This document shows, piece after piece, positions 1-11,379 of a stretch of 64,000 bases of DNA (its first letter is position 1; each line of letters starts with the position of its first letter). The DNA comes from Strigamia acuminata (taxonomy: Eukaryota), in assembly GCA_949358305.1 (NCBI GenBank), contig OX442314.1:4588001-4652000 (forward strand), read 5' to 3'. A program made the position numbers and the translations under genes. A model generated the notes under the pieces. It worked only from the letters and a program-made list of their open reading frames with translations, was not told where the DNA came from and searched no databases.

Positions 1-958
1 GTAACGTCTTCCATCGTGTTGCAAGATGGCAAACTTGGTGTAGACATGTAGGGCAATCTGAAACAAGCATAGTTTAATTAAACTGAACTCACAAATACAA
101 CTACGTTTCAAAAGTTTAGAAAGTAAATAACACCAAATAATTGACTTAAAAGCTAAGCAAAATAAATTTATACCATCAGATTTGAATAAAAGAATTATTT
201 TGCATTTAAAATAACCCAAAATTACATACATTTAGTTATCTAGTACAGTTACAAATTCAGATTTTCAAACATCACCTGTGCCAAAAGTTTAAAAACTTGA
301 AAAAATCATTTATAAGTTTAGAAAGTGCAACATAATTTGCATATTGTGATGTATTTCAAACACTCATGCGCAAACTGGGTATGTTATTGTCATTTACTAG
401 TTATTTGTGCCCGATATTTGCCAATAATGGGCAAAGCTCTACTCTAGTTGCAGTCAAAAAGGCACTATACAATTTGTAGTCCCATTTATCGAGACAGTTT
501 ACTGGTGTAGTGATCCGGAAAAGTAGACCCAAACACCAGAATTGCATTACAATGTACAGACATTGTAATCGATTGCCTAGGCAACTACCAAAAATTCAAA
601 ATTGTTTACTTGTGACGATTCTACTTTTAACTATTTAGTGAGATAGATCGGTTTAGACAAGACGTTGCTAGGCTTAGCAACAACCTAACCGAGATAAGCT
701 ACGGAATTCTGTGTGCTGCAAATAACTAATCAAGATAGAAATAACTTACGATTTTCTGAGTGTGACACAAAAACATATATATTTATTAAGCATAATAAAT
801 GTGATGGGGTTCTGAGCGCGTGTAAACGGGCGGCATCAACTGGTTGGAGATCCGGGCGAAGTCAGAGGAGTACGGCTGACTTTACGGCATCGTCACAAAC
901 GCTACGGAGACGTATTTGGCTCAGCGGCACGAATATCTAAATAATGTGAAGAGTCCTT
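1..958. repeat. Direct duplication of 22520-23477 (part of the last ENaC exon, intron, and the left part of a solo LTR)
   Basis: Same sequence at offset 22519 (identical 75-aa ORF at 713 and 23232). Identity ends at ...GAAGAGTCCTT (958 / 23477). Confidence 0.95.
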
Positions 959-3440
959 GCCGAGTTGGCTCGGTTGAAGAATCCTAGCGCCGCGAACTCA
1001 ATTGGATCCTCTGGCGCCAATCGTGCTCTCAGGAGTCGGTCGTGGAGCACTGATGGTGGGCTTAACACCCGGATGTGGTCCTCGAGCCACATAAACACCT
1101 GCCTCGACAACTTGTGGTTGTTGCTAAGCAGTGTTCGCGTATCCGGCGTCAAATAGAAGTGCGGATACAGGCGCATCAGAGTCTTGTATGCCGACTCTTT
1201 CTTCATCGCCTTGACCTTCGTCTCCGGCTTGGCTGGCGGCGGCGGCGGCGGTGGACGTGAGTCTTGCGTCGTGGCATCGTCGAAATGGCTCGGCGAGCCC
1301 AAGAAAACCAACGCGAGTGCGGAGGTTGACGAGGGTGTGACGCCTCGTCCCTGTGCTCGACCAACTCCGGTGAGCTTACGGGGTTCGACTGCCCATTGAA
1401 CTCCGGCTGGAGTTTGAGAACTTCCGGCGTTCTCCGGCCAAAACGAACATCCAGCGCCATCTTGGGCTGACTGGAAAACAGCTAGCGACGCGGCTGCTGT
1501 GGCGCTCGTAACTGGAAGCGGTGTTCTTCCGGCCATTTGCGCCGTGGCCTTCGCAAAGGACCACTCGGTTCGTAACCGAACGGCGGCCTCTTCTTCGGTC
1601 TCGCCGTTTGCTACGACTTGCTTAATGAGCTCGGCTAAGATCGTAGGCGGGTCGAGCCGGAGGTGGTACCACAGCTCGACTTTCTTCTCCGACAGGCCCA
1701 TCGGCGCGGTCCAAAGGTAAGTAATGGCCGCTAACGCCTGTCCTGGCAAAGGAAGAACACCAGGGTACAACACCCTAGTCATCCCCGGAATTAGCTGACG
1801 CTGAAAATCCATCAGGCGGGGATCATCAATGGTATTGATGTCGGAGAGTTCTAGCCTTTCAGCTAGTCTCTGCCAGTCCTTCTGCGACTCGGCGATCTGG
1901 GCGCTTTGGTATGCGTCCAGCTTCTGGAGCACTTCCTGCTGCGCTCTAATGGGTTGCTGCTCGTAGCAGGTCCATTGTGGTCCGAATGACTCACTGAAAA
2001 ATGGCCGGAGCTGCAGGTTGCTAACTCCAGCCGGCAAGCGGGAAACATATCCATGTTCGGGCAAGCGGCTAGCATGTCCAGGTACTGGCACGCTACAGTC
2101 GGGAGAGATATCACCGACGACACGCCGTATGGCGTATGGAGTAGCCGGGTTGTCCACTTTGAACGTGGAAACGGTTCGGCTACTTCGGGCGGACTGGATT
2201 GTGGAGTCCGATTCAAAGCTTAGCGAAGACGACGAGCCAAACGTCTCTGGTGTCCGTCCTCGTCGCGACTGCGGGCGTGGTGGCGGTGCTTCAGTCGAAT
2301 ATGGGCGCGATCGCCTCTGTCGCTCCTCTCGATAGCGGCTGGATTCTCGAAACATCGGGCGTGTTGCTTGATCCGGCGGAGGGAGTCTTCCCACCCTCAA
2401 ATCCTCGTCTTGCGGCGGAGGATTGATGGCCGCTGGGGCCGGGAGTTCATCTTCTCGATAGAAAGGGAGAGCGCATCGCGCTTGCTCCTCTGCCTCGTGT
2501 TCTTGAGCCAGTTGTCGATTTTCGTCGACGCGAAGCTGCGCTGCGGCGGCTCGGAGTGCTTTCGACGGGAAGAATCCCGGAAAATCATTGAAGCACCCGG
2601 CGAGCGCCAACTGGTGGAGCTCGGTTTGTGTGACGGGAAATTGCGGGTTCCCGTCACGAACGGACTTGCGGTACCGTTGCACGACTTCCCTCTGTGTCGT
2701 CTTGAGGTTTTTCCTCACTTGGTGGAGAGCACCGTAATTAATTCCGGTGCTCCGGAGCACTCTTCTGCGCTCGTGACGCTCTCGAGGCGTCACTGGCCAT
2801 TGGTTGTGCAGCAACTCGGCAGCTAGTGGTACTGGGGGGCTCTCGTCGAGCGTCCACTCGATTTCGTCGACTCCGTTGACGTGAAGGCGCTCGATGAACC
2901 GGCCTTTTGCTCCAAGACCTTGCAGGGCGGACTTCGAGAAGTCGTGGCGCAACTTCCACCACGTGTTGTTTGCCGTCTTCAGTCTTCTGATTTTTTCGGG
3001 CAACGCCGCCCGAAAAATCAGCGGGTGCTGAGTCGGCACGTGATCGGGAAGCGCGAATGGCGTTTCTCGATCCCTCTCGATCTATATTCGAAGAAAAATA
3101 AATAAATTAGTTTATTTAAAAATAAACAAATAATTTCTTATTTGAAATATTTTTTAAGCTTAGCGCTTGTGGCAGTGAGCCACTAAGGGATGTTGGTTGT
3201 CATGGCAACTCCCTTCGCACATGCTTGAAGCACGTGACTTTTATAGCCGCCATTTTTATTTTTTAGCGGCTTGTGTTTGAAGTCAGGAAAAGTGAAATTA
3301 CTCAATTTTTCTGACTGAAACACTAGGTAAAAATTATTTTAGTAATTTACCCTCTCTTGTAACGATAATTGGACATCGTTACCGGCTCCTTCCATCGGCA
3401 TTTCGTCATCCGCATGGAGGTTTACCGCGTCGTCTGCCAT
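937..3440 (-). CDS. ORF3 of element A, unknown function, predicted spliced (3440-3351 + 3081-937), C-terminus cut by the junction at 958
   Basis: The 700-aa ORF has no ATG start. Upstream mini-exon MADDAVNLHADDEMPMEGAGNDVQLSLQER ends at AGG|GTAAAT and joins in phase 0 at the acceptor ttcttcgaatatag|ATC. Homologous in blocks to element B ORF3. Confidence 0.8.
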
Positions 3441-3782
3441 TCGTTTTCTTTTTCGCGTCGAAAAAGAAATTGTTTCGGCTAGAAAGAATTAATAAATTAT
3501 ATTAAATATATTTATCGAATTTTTCTTTCAGAAAAATAACTTACACTTTGTAGATTCGCAAAAAACTGTCGTGTTATAACGCACTCGACGCATCCACTTT
3601 GGAAACTATTGAGAAAGTGGCTAAGTTCGTTGATTGGAGAAACGAACTTGTTTCGGTGACACCGAATGACGCCACAAATTATAACGCATTGTGAACGTTG
3701 TCGTTCGAGTGTGAACTACGAATGACGTCACGAGATTGCTCTCTCGGATCTTTTGGGTAAACCCAAAAGGTGAAAGTCAACA

Positions 3783-6700
3783 CTATGTCTTGACTCGCGG
3801 AACGCGAGATCTCAAGTTGTACTTTGACTTTCGCGAAGTACAATCCAACTTGTTTAGATTGTCATCAGCATCGTCTCCAATGTCAGATGAGTTATTTTCT
3901 TCATTGTTTGAAATTTTCTCTTTTTCTAAAAACATTTCCTTTTCTAGATTTTCATCAAGAGAAACATTTTCAAGTCGCTTGTTTATTTCATCGACTTCGT
4001 TATTTTTGAGTTTCGATTTTTTACTCGATTCCGTGTTTTCGACAGGAATTTTGGATAATTCAACATCATCCAAGGTATTAACAATATTTTTTGTTTTTTG
4101 ACCCACTTCCTCCCCTTCCAGCCAAATTTCTGGGTTGAAAACGGGAAAGTACGGCATTAATTCAGTGCCATGAACAGCTGGATAAATTTTATTATCACTC
4201 AGCCGTCGAAGTTGAAAGGCGCCTCCTTGTAACCTTTTGACAATTACATAAGGCCCATTCCTTTTCGGTGAAATGCCTGCTGCTATTCCTTTAGCTGCAT
4301 TTGAGAGAATATGAGACTCTCGCCAGACTAAATCATTTTGTCTGAAGTTGTCGAATTTCTTATCTGATTTTTCAGCTTCGACACGGCGTCTTAAATCTAA
4401 GACGTGAGACATCATATGCTGATACGTCTCTGCAATTATTGCTTCTAATTTCTGAACATATAAATGCGGATTTTTTGGATCAATGACCAAAATTCCTTCC
4501 GGAATTCTTGGATCCCAAGGAATTCTTAATTCTCGGAAAAAATTTAAGAAAGCAGGAGAATAATCTCTGCCTCTTGTTACAGTTGTTCTCAAACTGAATG
4601 CAAATTCGCGTAGATACTCATCCCATTGGTCGTGAATATCTAAATAAATCGAAACTAAATATTTAATATCTCGATTGGTTCTCTCCACAGGATTGCTTTG
4701 TGGATGATAAATCGATGTCGGTGTTCGCGACATGTCGAATTTTTTGCAAAATTCTTTATAGACCTGTGATCGAAATTGTGGTCCATTATCACTTATAATT
4801 TGTCTTGGAAATCCAAAAGTTATCGATAAGTGATAAATTGTGTTGGCAACCTTTATTGCCGTTGGATTACACATTGGAAATAATTCTGGCCAATGTGTAG
4901 CGACATCTACGATGACGCAAATGTGGGTATTGTTTTTTCTGGTTCTGGGTTTTGGGCCAGACAAATCCACACTGAGGCAGTCAAATGGTCCAAATGGTCC
5001 AATTTGAGCGCCTTCAATTTCGGTCTTCGATCTCGGCTTACATGCCTGACATCCTTGACAATGCTGAATAAAACGTGTAATATCACGTTTCATACCTTTC
5101 CAGGTATAAACTCTTCGAGTTCTGTACATTGTCCTCGCAATGCCTGGGTGGCCGGACAGTGGATGTCCGTGCATCAATCATATGATTTTATAAATCAATT
5201 TTCTTGGCACGACAACTTTAAGTGCTCTACCATCCTCTCCTAATTCATCTGTGGAGGTAGGATGATAATGGAGTAACATATCTTCTTCAATGAGATAAGT
5301 ACTCGCGTGTCTTTCAAAATTTCTTCTTTGAAGACGAGTTACTATGTAACTTGGATATTGCTTGTTTAACAAGTAATTGCGAATATGTTGGCAAAATTTG
5401 TCTGCTTTTTGCGCTGCAATAATGTCATCTCTCGTTGGAGGATCACATTCTAATTGCTTAGCAATTTTAGCTGCAAATGCTTTAATTAAAACATTTGTTG
5501 TTGGCAGCTCGAATTTTTTAGCCATCATAGCTCTTAATTCGACGTCAGGGGTTCCTGACGGATCATGCATATTAATACAAAAATTAATTAATGCTTGATC
5601 GTCTTCATTAACTATTATTGATTTGGGTAATTCGTTCAATTTTCCCATTTGCCAACTTCGGCAAGGAGATGGACAATATGATAATAAATCATCATTATCG
5701 CCATCGTCTTCTGGTTCATCAGGCGCGCTGACAGGTGCACGTGACAATGCGTCTGCTATTACATTCAGCGGACCTTTGACGTATTGTATTTCGAACGAAT
5801 ACGCCATCAGCTCCATTTGCCAACGAGCTAATCTGCCCGACGGGTCAGATAACGACATCAACCACTTAAGTGCTTGGTGATCCGTTTGTACAGTGAATGT
5901 AGTGTACTCTAAATATGGGCGAAATTTGCGCAATCCCCATACTACTGCGAGACATTCTAATTCTGTCACAGTATAATTCTTTTCAGCGGGTTGCAAGCTT
6001 CTGCTTGCATACACGCATGGCATTTCGACTTCTTGGCCATCCACAATTTTCTTTTGTGTAAGGGCTGCACCCAACCCTTGTCTACTGGCGTCAGTATGAA
6101 CAATAAATGGCATGTACAAGTCAGGCATCTTCATTGTTTCAGCATTCGTAAGCAAGTCTTTTATTGCGTCGAATGCTGCTTGATGATGCAGTTCCCAATC
6201 GAACTCCGCATCTTTCTTCAAGAGTGGCCTTAGTGGTTCTGCCACTGTGGCCAAATTCTTGATTAGGCGGTGAAAGAAATTCACCATGCCTAGAAATCTT
6301 TGTAATTCCTTAAGATTGGTAGGAGCCGGAAATTGCGTAATTGCAGCGACTTTTTTAGGGTCTACTGCAAGTCCTTCTACTCCTACTTTGTAGCCTAGAA
6401 AAATTAATTCCTTTCTACAGAGATGCGTCTTGCCAGGATGCGCATGTAAATTAGCTTCTGCCAATTTTTTAAACACTATATCTAAATGTTTAATGTGTTC
6501 TTCGAACGATTTGGATACAACAATTATGTCATCCAAATATGCCCATGCAAATTTTCTGTAAACGTCACCCAAAACTTTTTCCATCAATTCTTGGAAGGTA
6601 GTTGGTGCGTTTACTAATCCGAAAGGCATGACTAAAAACATTAGTCTTCCCATTGGGCTCCTGAAGGCAGTCTTCTCTCTGTCTTCAGGTCGCAATTCTA

Positions 6701-7388
6701 TCTGCCAATATCCCTTGGTCAGATCTATAGTACTGACCCACTCGAATTCTCCGATTTCTCGCAGAATTTCCTCAATTGTTGGCATTTGAGGTGGGTTGTA
6801 CTTAGTATGTGTATTGATGGGGCGAAAATCAATGCACAAGCGTGGGTCGTTTCCTGGTCGCATGACTAGGACTGGCCGCATTCCGTAATCGCCTTCAGCT
6901 TTGACGACTACGCCTTTGTCAATCATGTCTTGACAAAGTTGTCTGATTATTTCCCTTTTTTGAGGGTTTATGCTCTTAAAGGGGACACGGATGGGTTTCT
7001 CCGTGTCAAGCTCAATTTTGTGCTTAACCAGGTGTGTTTTACCTGGATCTTTAGAAATAATCCTTTTATGTTTGGATAACATCTTTTCTAATAATTTGGA
7101 TTGCTCCAAATTTAAGTTAGCTTCTTCGACTAACTTTTGGATGAAATTCTCTTCATCAATTTTGCTTTGAGTTACACTTGCAGCGTAAGCTTTTGCAAAA
7201 GTCACAAATGAGGAATCGGGTTCCTCTGTTTTCTCCAAATAACGTTCCAGCAGCGCTTGTGGAATGTAGGGTAAATCTGCATCCACAGGTTGCGTAAAAT
7301 TCCAAGACATCGTCTGTGGATTAGGTTGGATTTTTAATTAATTCATAAAATCGCAACCCAATAGTACCATTGGATACTTATTTGGTAT
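3783..7388 (-). pseudogene. pol: Pol of element A: RT, RNase H, integrase, with two premature stops
   Basis: RT 'IDLTKGYWQI..MPFGL..YLDD', RNase H 'TDAS..ELECLAV..TDH', integrase HHCC, 'SDNGPQF', 'VERTNR' and GPY motif. Confidence 0.95.
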
Positions 7389-9302
7389 TGTGACGGTGAC
7401 GACCACAACTCCCATTTAACAATGGTACCGGGAAGAGATCGCAATAAATAAACAGTGAATACAATACGAGATAAATACAAGACAGTTTATTGTTGGCAAA
7501 CAATATGGATGAGCTAAATTATACATAGGACTAATGCCGACATTTGGCAAGTTAAATCAGCTATTAAACTATACAAAGAATTGGCCAACTGGCCCTAGAA
7601 TAATATCACTACGGGTCTGGAATATGGGAGCGGTTTCCCCATCGCTCGACCTGATTATAGATGTCATCTTAAGCCGGATGGCTGTGTCCTGGAGTCCGAT
7701 ACGGCTTCGCTGGTTTCCTTGGTTCGCTGTGTAAACTATCGCACGTCGATAAATCGAATGATCTGAGCATTGCGGTTGACTTTGTCTGCACCGCCACAAC
7801 TTTGGGAGGATATTGGTGTAAGTAAATGTATTCATTTACTTATCAATATTCCACTTATGAATTATATTTAATTCATATCGTTGTGAATTCTTATTTAGAT
7901 ATTTCGGGAATAAGTTGTCGTCAACTTATCGGTTATATTGAGTTCAATATGAGATTAAGTCTTCTGACTTGATTTTGGTCCAACTGGTTGTCGAGTTTAA
8001 GTTTTTCTGTTATAAATAAAATGAAGATTAAGCTTCCCGTCGCAACACACAATTGCCATCGATTAGAATATACGCCTTGCCATGCAGAACGGTATCAAGC
8101 GTCCCCGGCGTCGCAGCACGGTCGTCCATCGAGTGGTTGACGGTACCACGTACACAGGGGTCGATAGCTCGCGGCTCCGCACAGCAGTTTTATCTCTCGC
8201 GGTACTAATAATAGACCGACTGCTTTGGCATCGAATACCATGAGAATCAGCTTGCCAAACACTTGGTGCTACTCGTGGTTACTGTAAAACAGACTGCTTT
8301 GGCACCATCAGGTGAAGGAACCGATTCTCAACAATACCGATGCTACTCGTGGTAACGGAATACGTTCATACCGAAAAAGACAACTTGGTCCTGTCCGGAG
8401 GATACTGAATTGCACAACGGCGGGTTCTCCTTCGGCGTCGCAACCGTAGACTGTAACATTTATGCAACATAATAATCCCAGCACTTCGACTTCAATTGCC
8501 GGCGGTGGCATGATTCTGTAGAATCATGCAACGGTTCTTTGCGAATAAATCAACAAAGAACCAAAAGGTTTTTTACGTGAACAACGAATCATATTTCTTA
8601 AGTAACAATACCAAACAGAAAATAATCAAACAGAGCTGCGGAATGGCCGATTGTTTGGGTTTATATAACCTGACTGGATTTAAGGATTAATCCAGTCATC
8701 CAATTGGAACATGGGTTCCACGAATCCCTCCAATCCCGTATCACCGGAAGTGGATACGGAGGAGCATTTATGCAAATTATGCTAATCCTTGTTACAACCG
8801 GAACTGGATACCCAGGACCGGAAATGGGTTCCACCAATCAGATTGATCGGTTGACCGATTGATCGCTAAACATTCTGTCCCGCAGAAATGGAAGTTACAT
8901 TGTATTTAACAATGTCAGATACTTAATATATATTTATATTAATATTTAACACAATTTATTCACTTGATTAAATATACGTTTATATTTAATCATGAGGTTT
9001 TCAAGTTCGTATTCGAATTTATCGCTAATTGCGATCGCGCCATCTAGTGGCAATATGGAGCATTGACAAATGCGGGTTTTAGCAGACGAATCTTCGTAAT
9101 TATGCCGTGATACTTTAGTATCATGTGGAAATTAGTGTTTATTCTTAATAAACGAACATCTTTGTATTTGAAACATCATAAATGACTTTATTCTAGACAT
9201 TTATCAGTTTTACACAGAATATTGTAAAAAATACCATCATATTGGCGCAACAGCGCTTTCTTGATAGAAAATAGGCATTTATAGCCATTGTAAACCGTCA
9301 TA
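7389..9302 (-). repeat. 3' LTR of element C
   Basis: Copy of 14904-16817 at offset 7515; the same small ORFs occur in both. Confidence 0.97.
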
Positions 9303-9897
9303 CATCCCCCTTAATAACACAACTATATAATATTTTATAGAGTTTTCGTTATTCTCCTAATTAGCATAAATGCTATTTTCGGACTTGATGTATCTTGGAG
9401 ATACCGTGACTTCCAATTTCGAATTTGAGTTTACATAAACTAACTTGAATTATCTAAGTTCTGATTTTCTGCCGAAATAATCTTTTCTAATAGCCTAAAT
9501 TCAAGTCCAGAATTTATTTCCAAGTCTTCTTTTTGAAGAAACTTTCGTCATACATAAAATCATCATTTGTGTTATCACAAAATATTTATTTCATATGCCT
9601 AGTCAGATGTATCGCTATAAATATACAATAAATAGCTTTTAGATGATAAGAGTTGACAATTTAAGAATCAAAATGTCCCCCTTAATTGTCATGACCGGAG
9701 TCACTTGGTATTCTTTGTACAATTGACTAATTTTAATTTAAACTAGTTGTCTTTTAATACTGTAATATTACTTTTCGAGAATTGTTAATTTTAACTTTAT
9801 ATTTTGTCCCCCTTTTCTTTAGAAGAGAGGTCATGATTTTTAGAAGAGGATTTTCTGTTTACACTATAATCGGGGAATCTTTGTGTATCATATCATG

Positions 9898-11379
9898 TTA
9901 ATCAACATGATTCTTTGCTAAATATTGAGCTCGCATATTTGCGAATTTCCGAGATCTCTCAGCCTGCTGTACTGATTTCTTTCGACGTTTTTCCTTTGGG
10001 CAGTTACATACAGTGTACTGACTTGGCAGTGTAAATGACCGTGACGACCCAACTTTTTGTTTTAGGTCATCTCTGGAAAACCATACATGAATGGGACCCT
10101 CATTGGAAAACCATATGTGGAAAGGACCCATATTTGGAATTGTGAAATCCCGCAACAAACGAGGGGATCTATATTTGACTCTAAGTCGTGGAACTGATGA
10201 TTGGAAACCTGGGTTTTCAGTCAGTTTTTGAACATGTTGGTTTGTACTTGAAGTTTCTTCATCACCAGCTGGACTTGGTGACCGAAAACGCTTTTTTGAA
10301 GTTCTTAATTCCTCTCGTTGAGATGAATTATTCTGGATATTGCAGGGTTGCTTTCCAGACGCAAATTGTTGTATCTCCGTCAGATTGACGACTGGGACGG
10401 GTTTTAGTCGTTGGTTACGGTATTGATTTCGAAATACGAATTGTTGCGCTTCGTTTATATTTTTAAATTCAGCTGAATTTAACTGGTATTGTTTACAATA
10501 CTGTTCGAATTGATACCGGATCTCCCGTGGGTTAGTCAAAAAACTTTCTTTTTTAGGTTTAAAATCATTCTCATTATCGTGTTGGTAATACTTTTTCAAG
10601 GGAAAAGTTTGCTTGACCTTTTTTCGATTTGAAATGGGCGTTAGGTAGAATTGTCTTGGCTGGGGACTCTTCTTGGTAGACAAATCATACGTCCGCAAAC
10701 ATGAGTTTGTGATCGGCGATCGGGCACGTTGTTGTACGTTATTTGACTGCAAATGTTTGTTTGGAGTCCGAATATCTTTCCTTTGCGTTGATATTGGTGG
10801 CCCAAAACTTTTGTTTACGGTTCCCAATTCTTTTGATAGCGGTAGGTTAATCGACAGATTAAGGCTAGCCACATATCGTTGTGCTTCAGCTGGATTAGCA
10901 TATCGAACTGAAATTAGCTGATCTCGATTGTAAACGAGTTTTAATTTGTTCTGAACAACCGACTGGTTAGTTAACGAACTCTCTGGACGAGAATTATTAG
11001 GTTTATAATTCTCTTCCCCCTTATCTACCGAATTAGGTGGTTTAAACTTTTCTAACTTAGATCCCCTACTGGATGTTTGAAACATAGTATGAGAATCTTG
11101 ATTCACTAAGTTTCGGCTGTATGTTTGTGGATTCCGTACTGGATCTTGATGTGAAGATTGAGATTGGGTACGATCTCGCCAGTTCCTAGCTTTTACATAG
11201 TCTGAAGCTTCGATTATATTTTTAAACTTGGTTTTATCCAGTCCATGACGATTACAATACAGAGTAAAATGATCGGGAATCTTTTCTGTTTGATCGCCAA
11301 GTGGTACAGAACTTAAATTTAAGTTTGTCTGCTTATTATTTCCTTTTGGATCGATCATATTCAATGGTTTTTGAGCCAT
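9898..11379 (-). CDS. Orphan basic protein of element C (about 493 aa from ATG 11379)
   Basis: The only long ORF in the 5.6-kb interior, in sense with the element. Has an internal ~37-aa repeat and a basic C-terminus; no gag/pol motif. Confidence 0.75.
   Translation of the reverse strand: MAQKPLNMIDPKGNNKQTNLNLSSVPLGDQTEKIPDHFTLYCNRHGLDKTKFKNIIEASDYVKARNWRDRTQSQSSHQDPVRNPQTYSRNLVNQDSHTMFQTSSRGSKLEKFKPPNSVDKGEENYKPNNSRPESSLTNQSVVQNKLKLVYNRDQLISVRYANPAEAQRYVASLNLSINLPLSKELGTVNKSFGPPISTQRKDIRTPNKHLQSNNVQQRARSPITNSCLRTYDLSTKKSPQPRQFYLTPISNRKKVKQTFPLKKYYQHDNENDFKPKKESFLTNPREIRYQFEQYCKQYQLNSAEFKNINEAQQFVFRNQYRNQRLKPVPVVNLTEIQQFASGKQPCNIQNNSSQREELRTSKKRFRSPSPAGDEETSSTNQHVQKLTENPGFQSSVPRLRVKYRSPRLLRDFTIPNMGPFHIWFSNEGPIHVWFSRDDLKQKVGSSRSFTLPSQYTVCNCPKEKRRKKSVQQAERSRKFANMRAQYLAKNHVD

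Noticed and set aside
7534..8511. Small ORFs repeated at 15049-16026 (also 713/23232 and 37215/48374)
   Set aside because: Repeated only because they lie in LTRs or the duplication; no coding signature.
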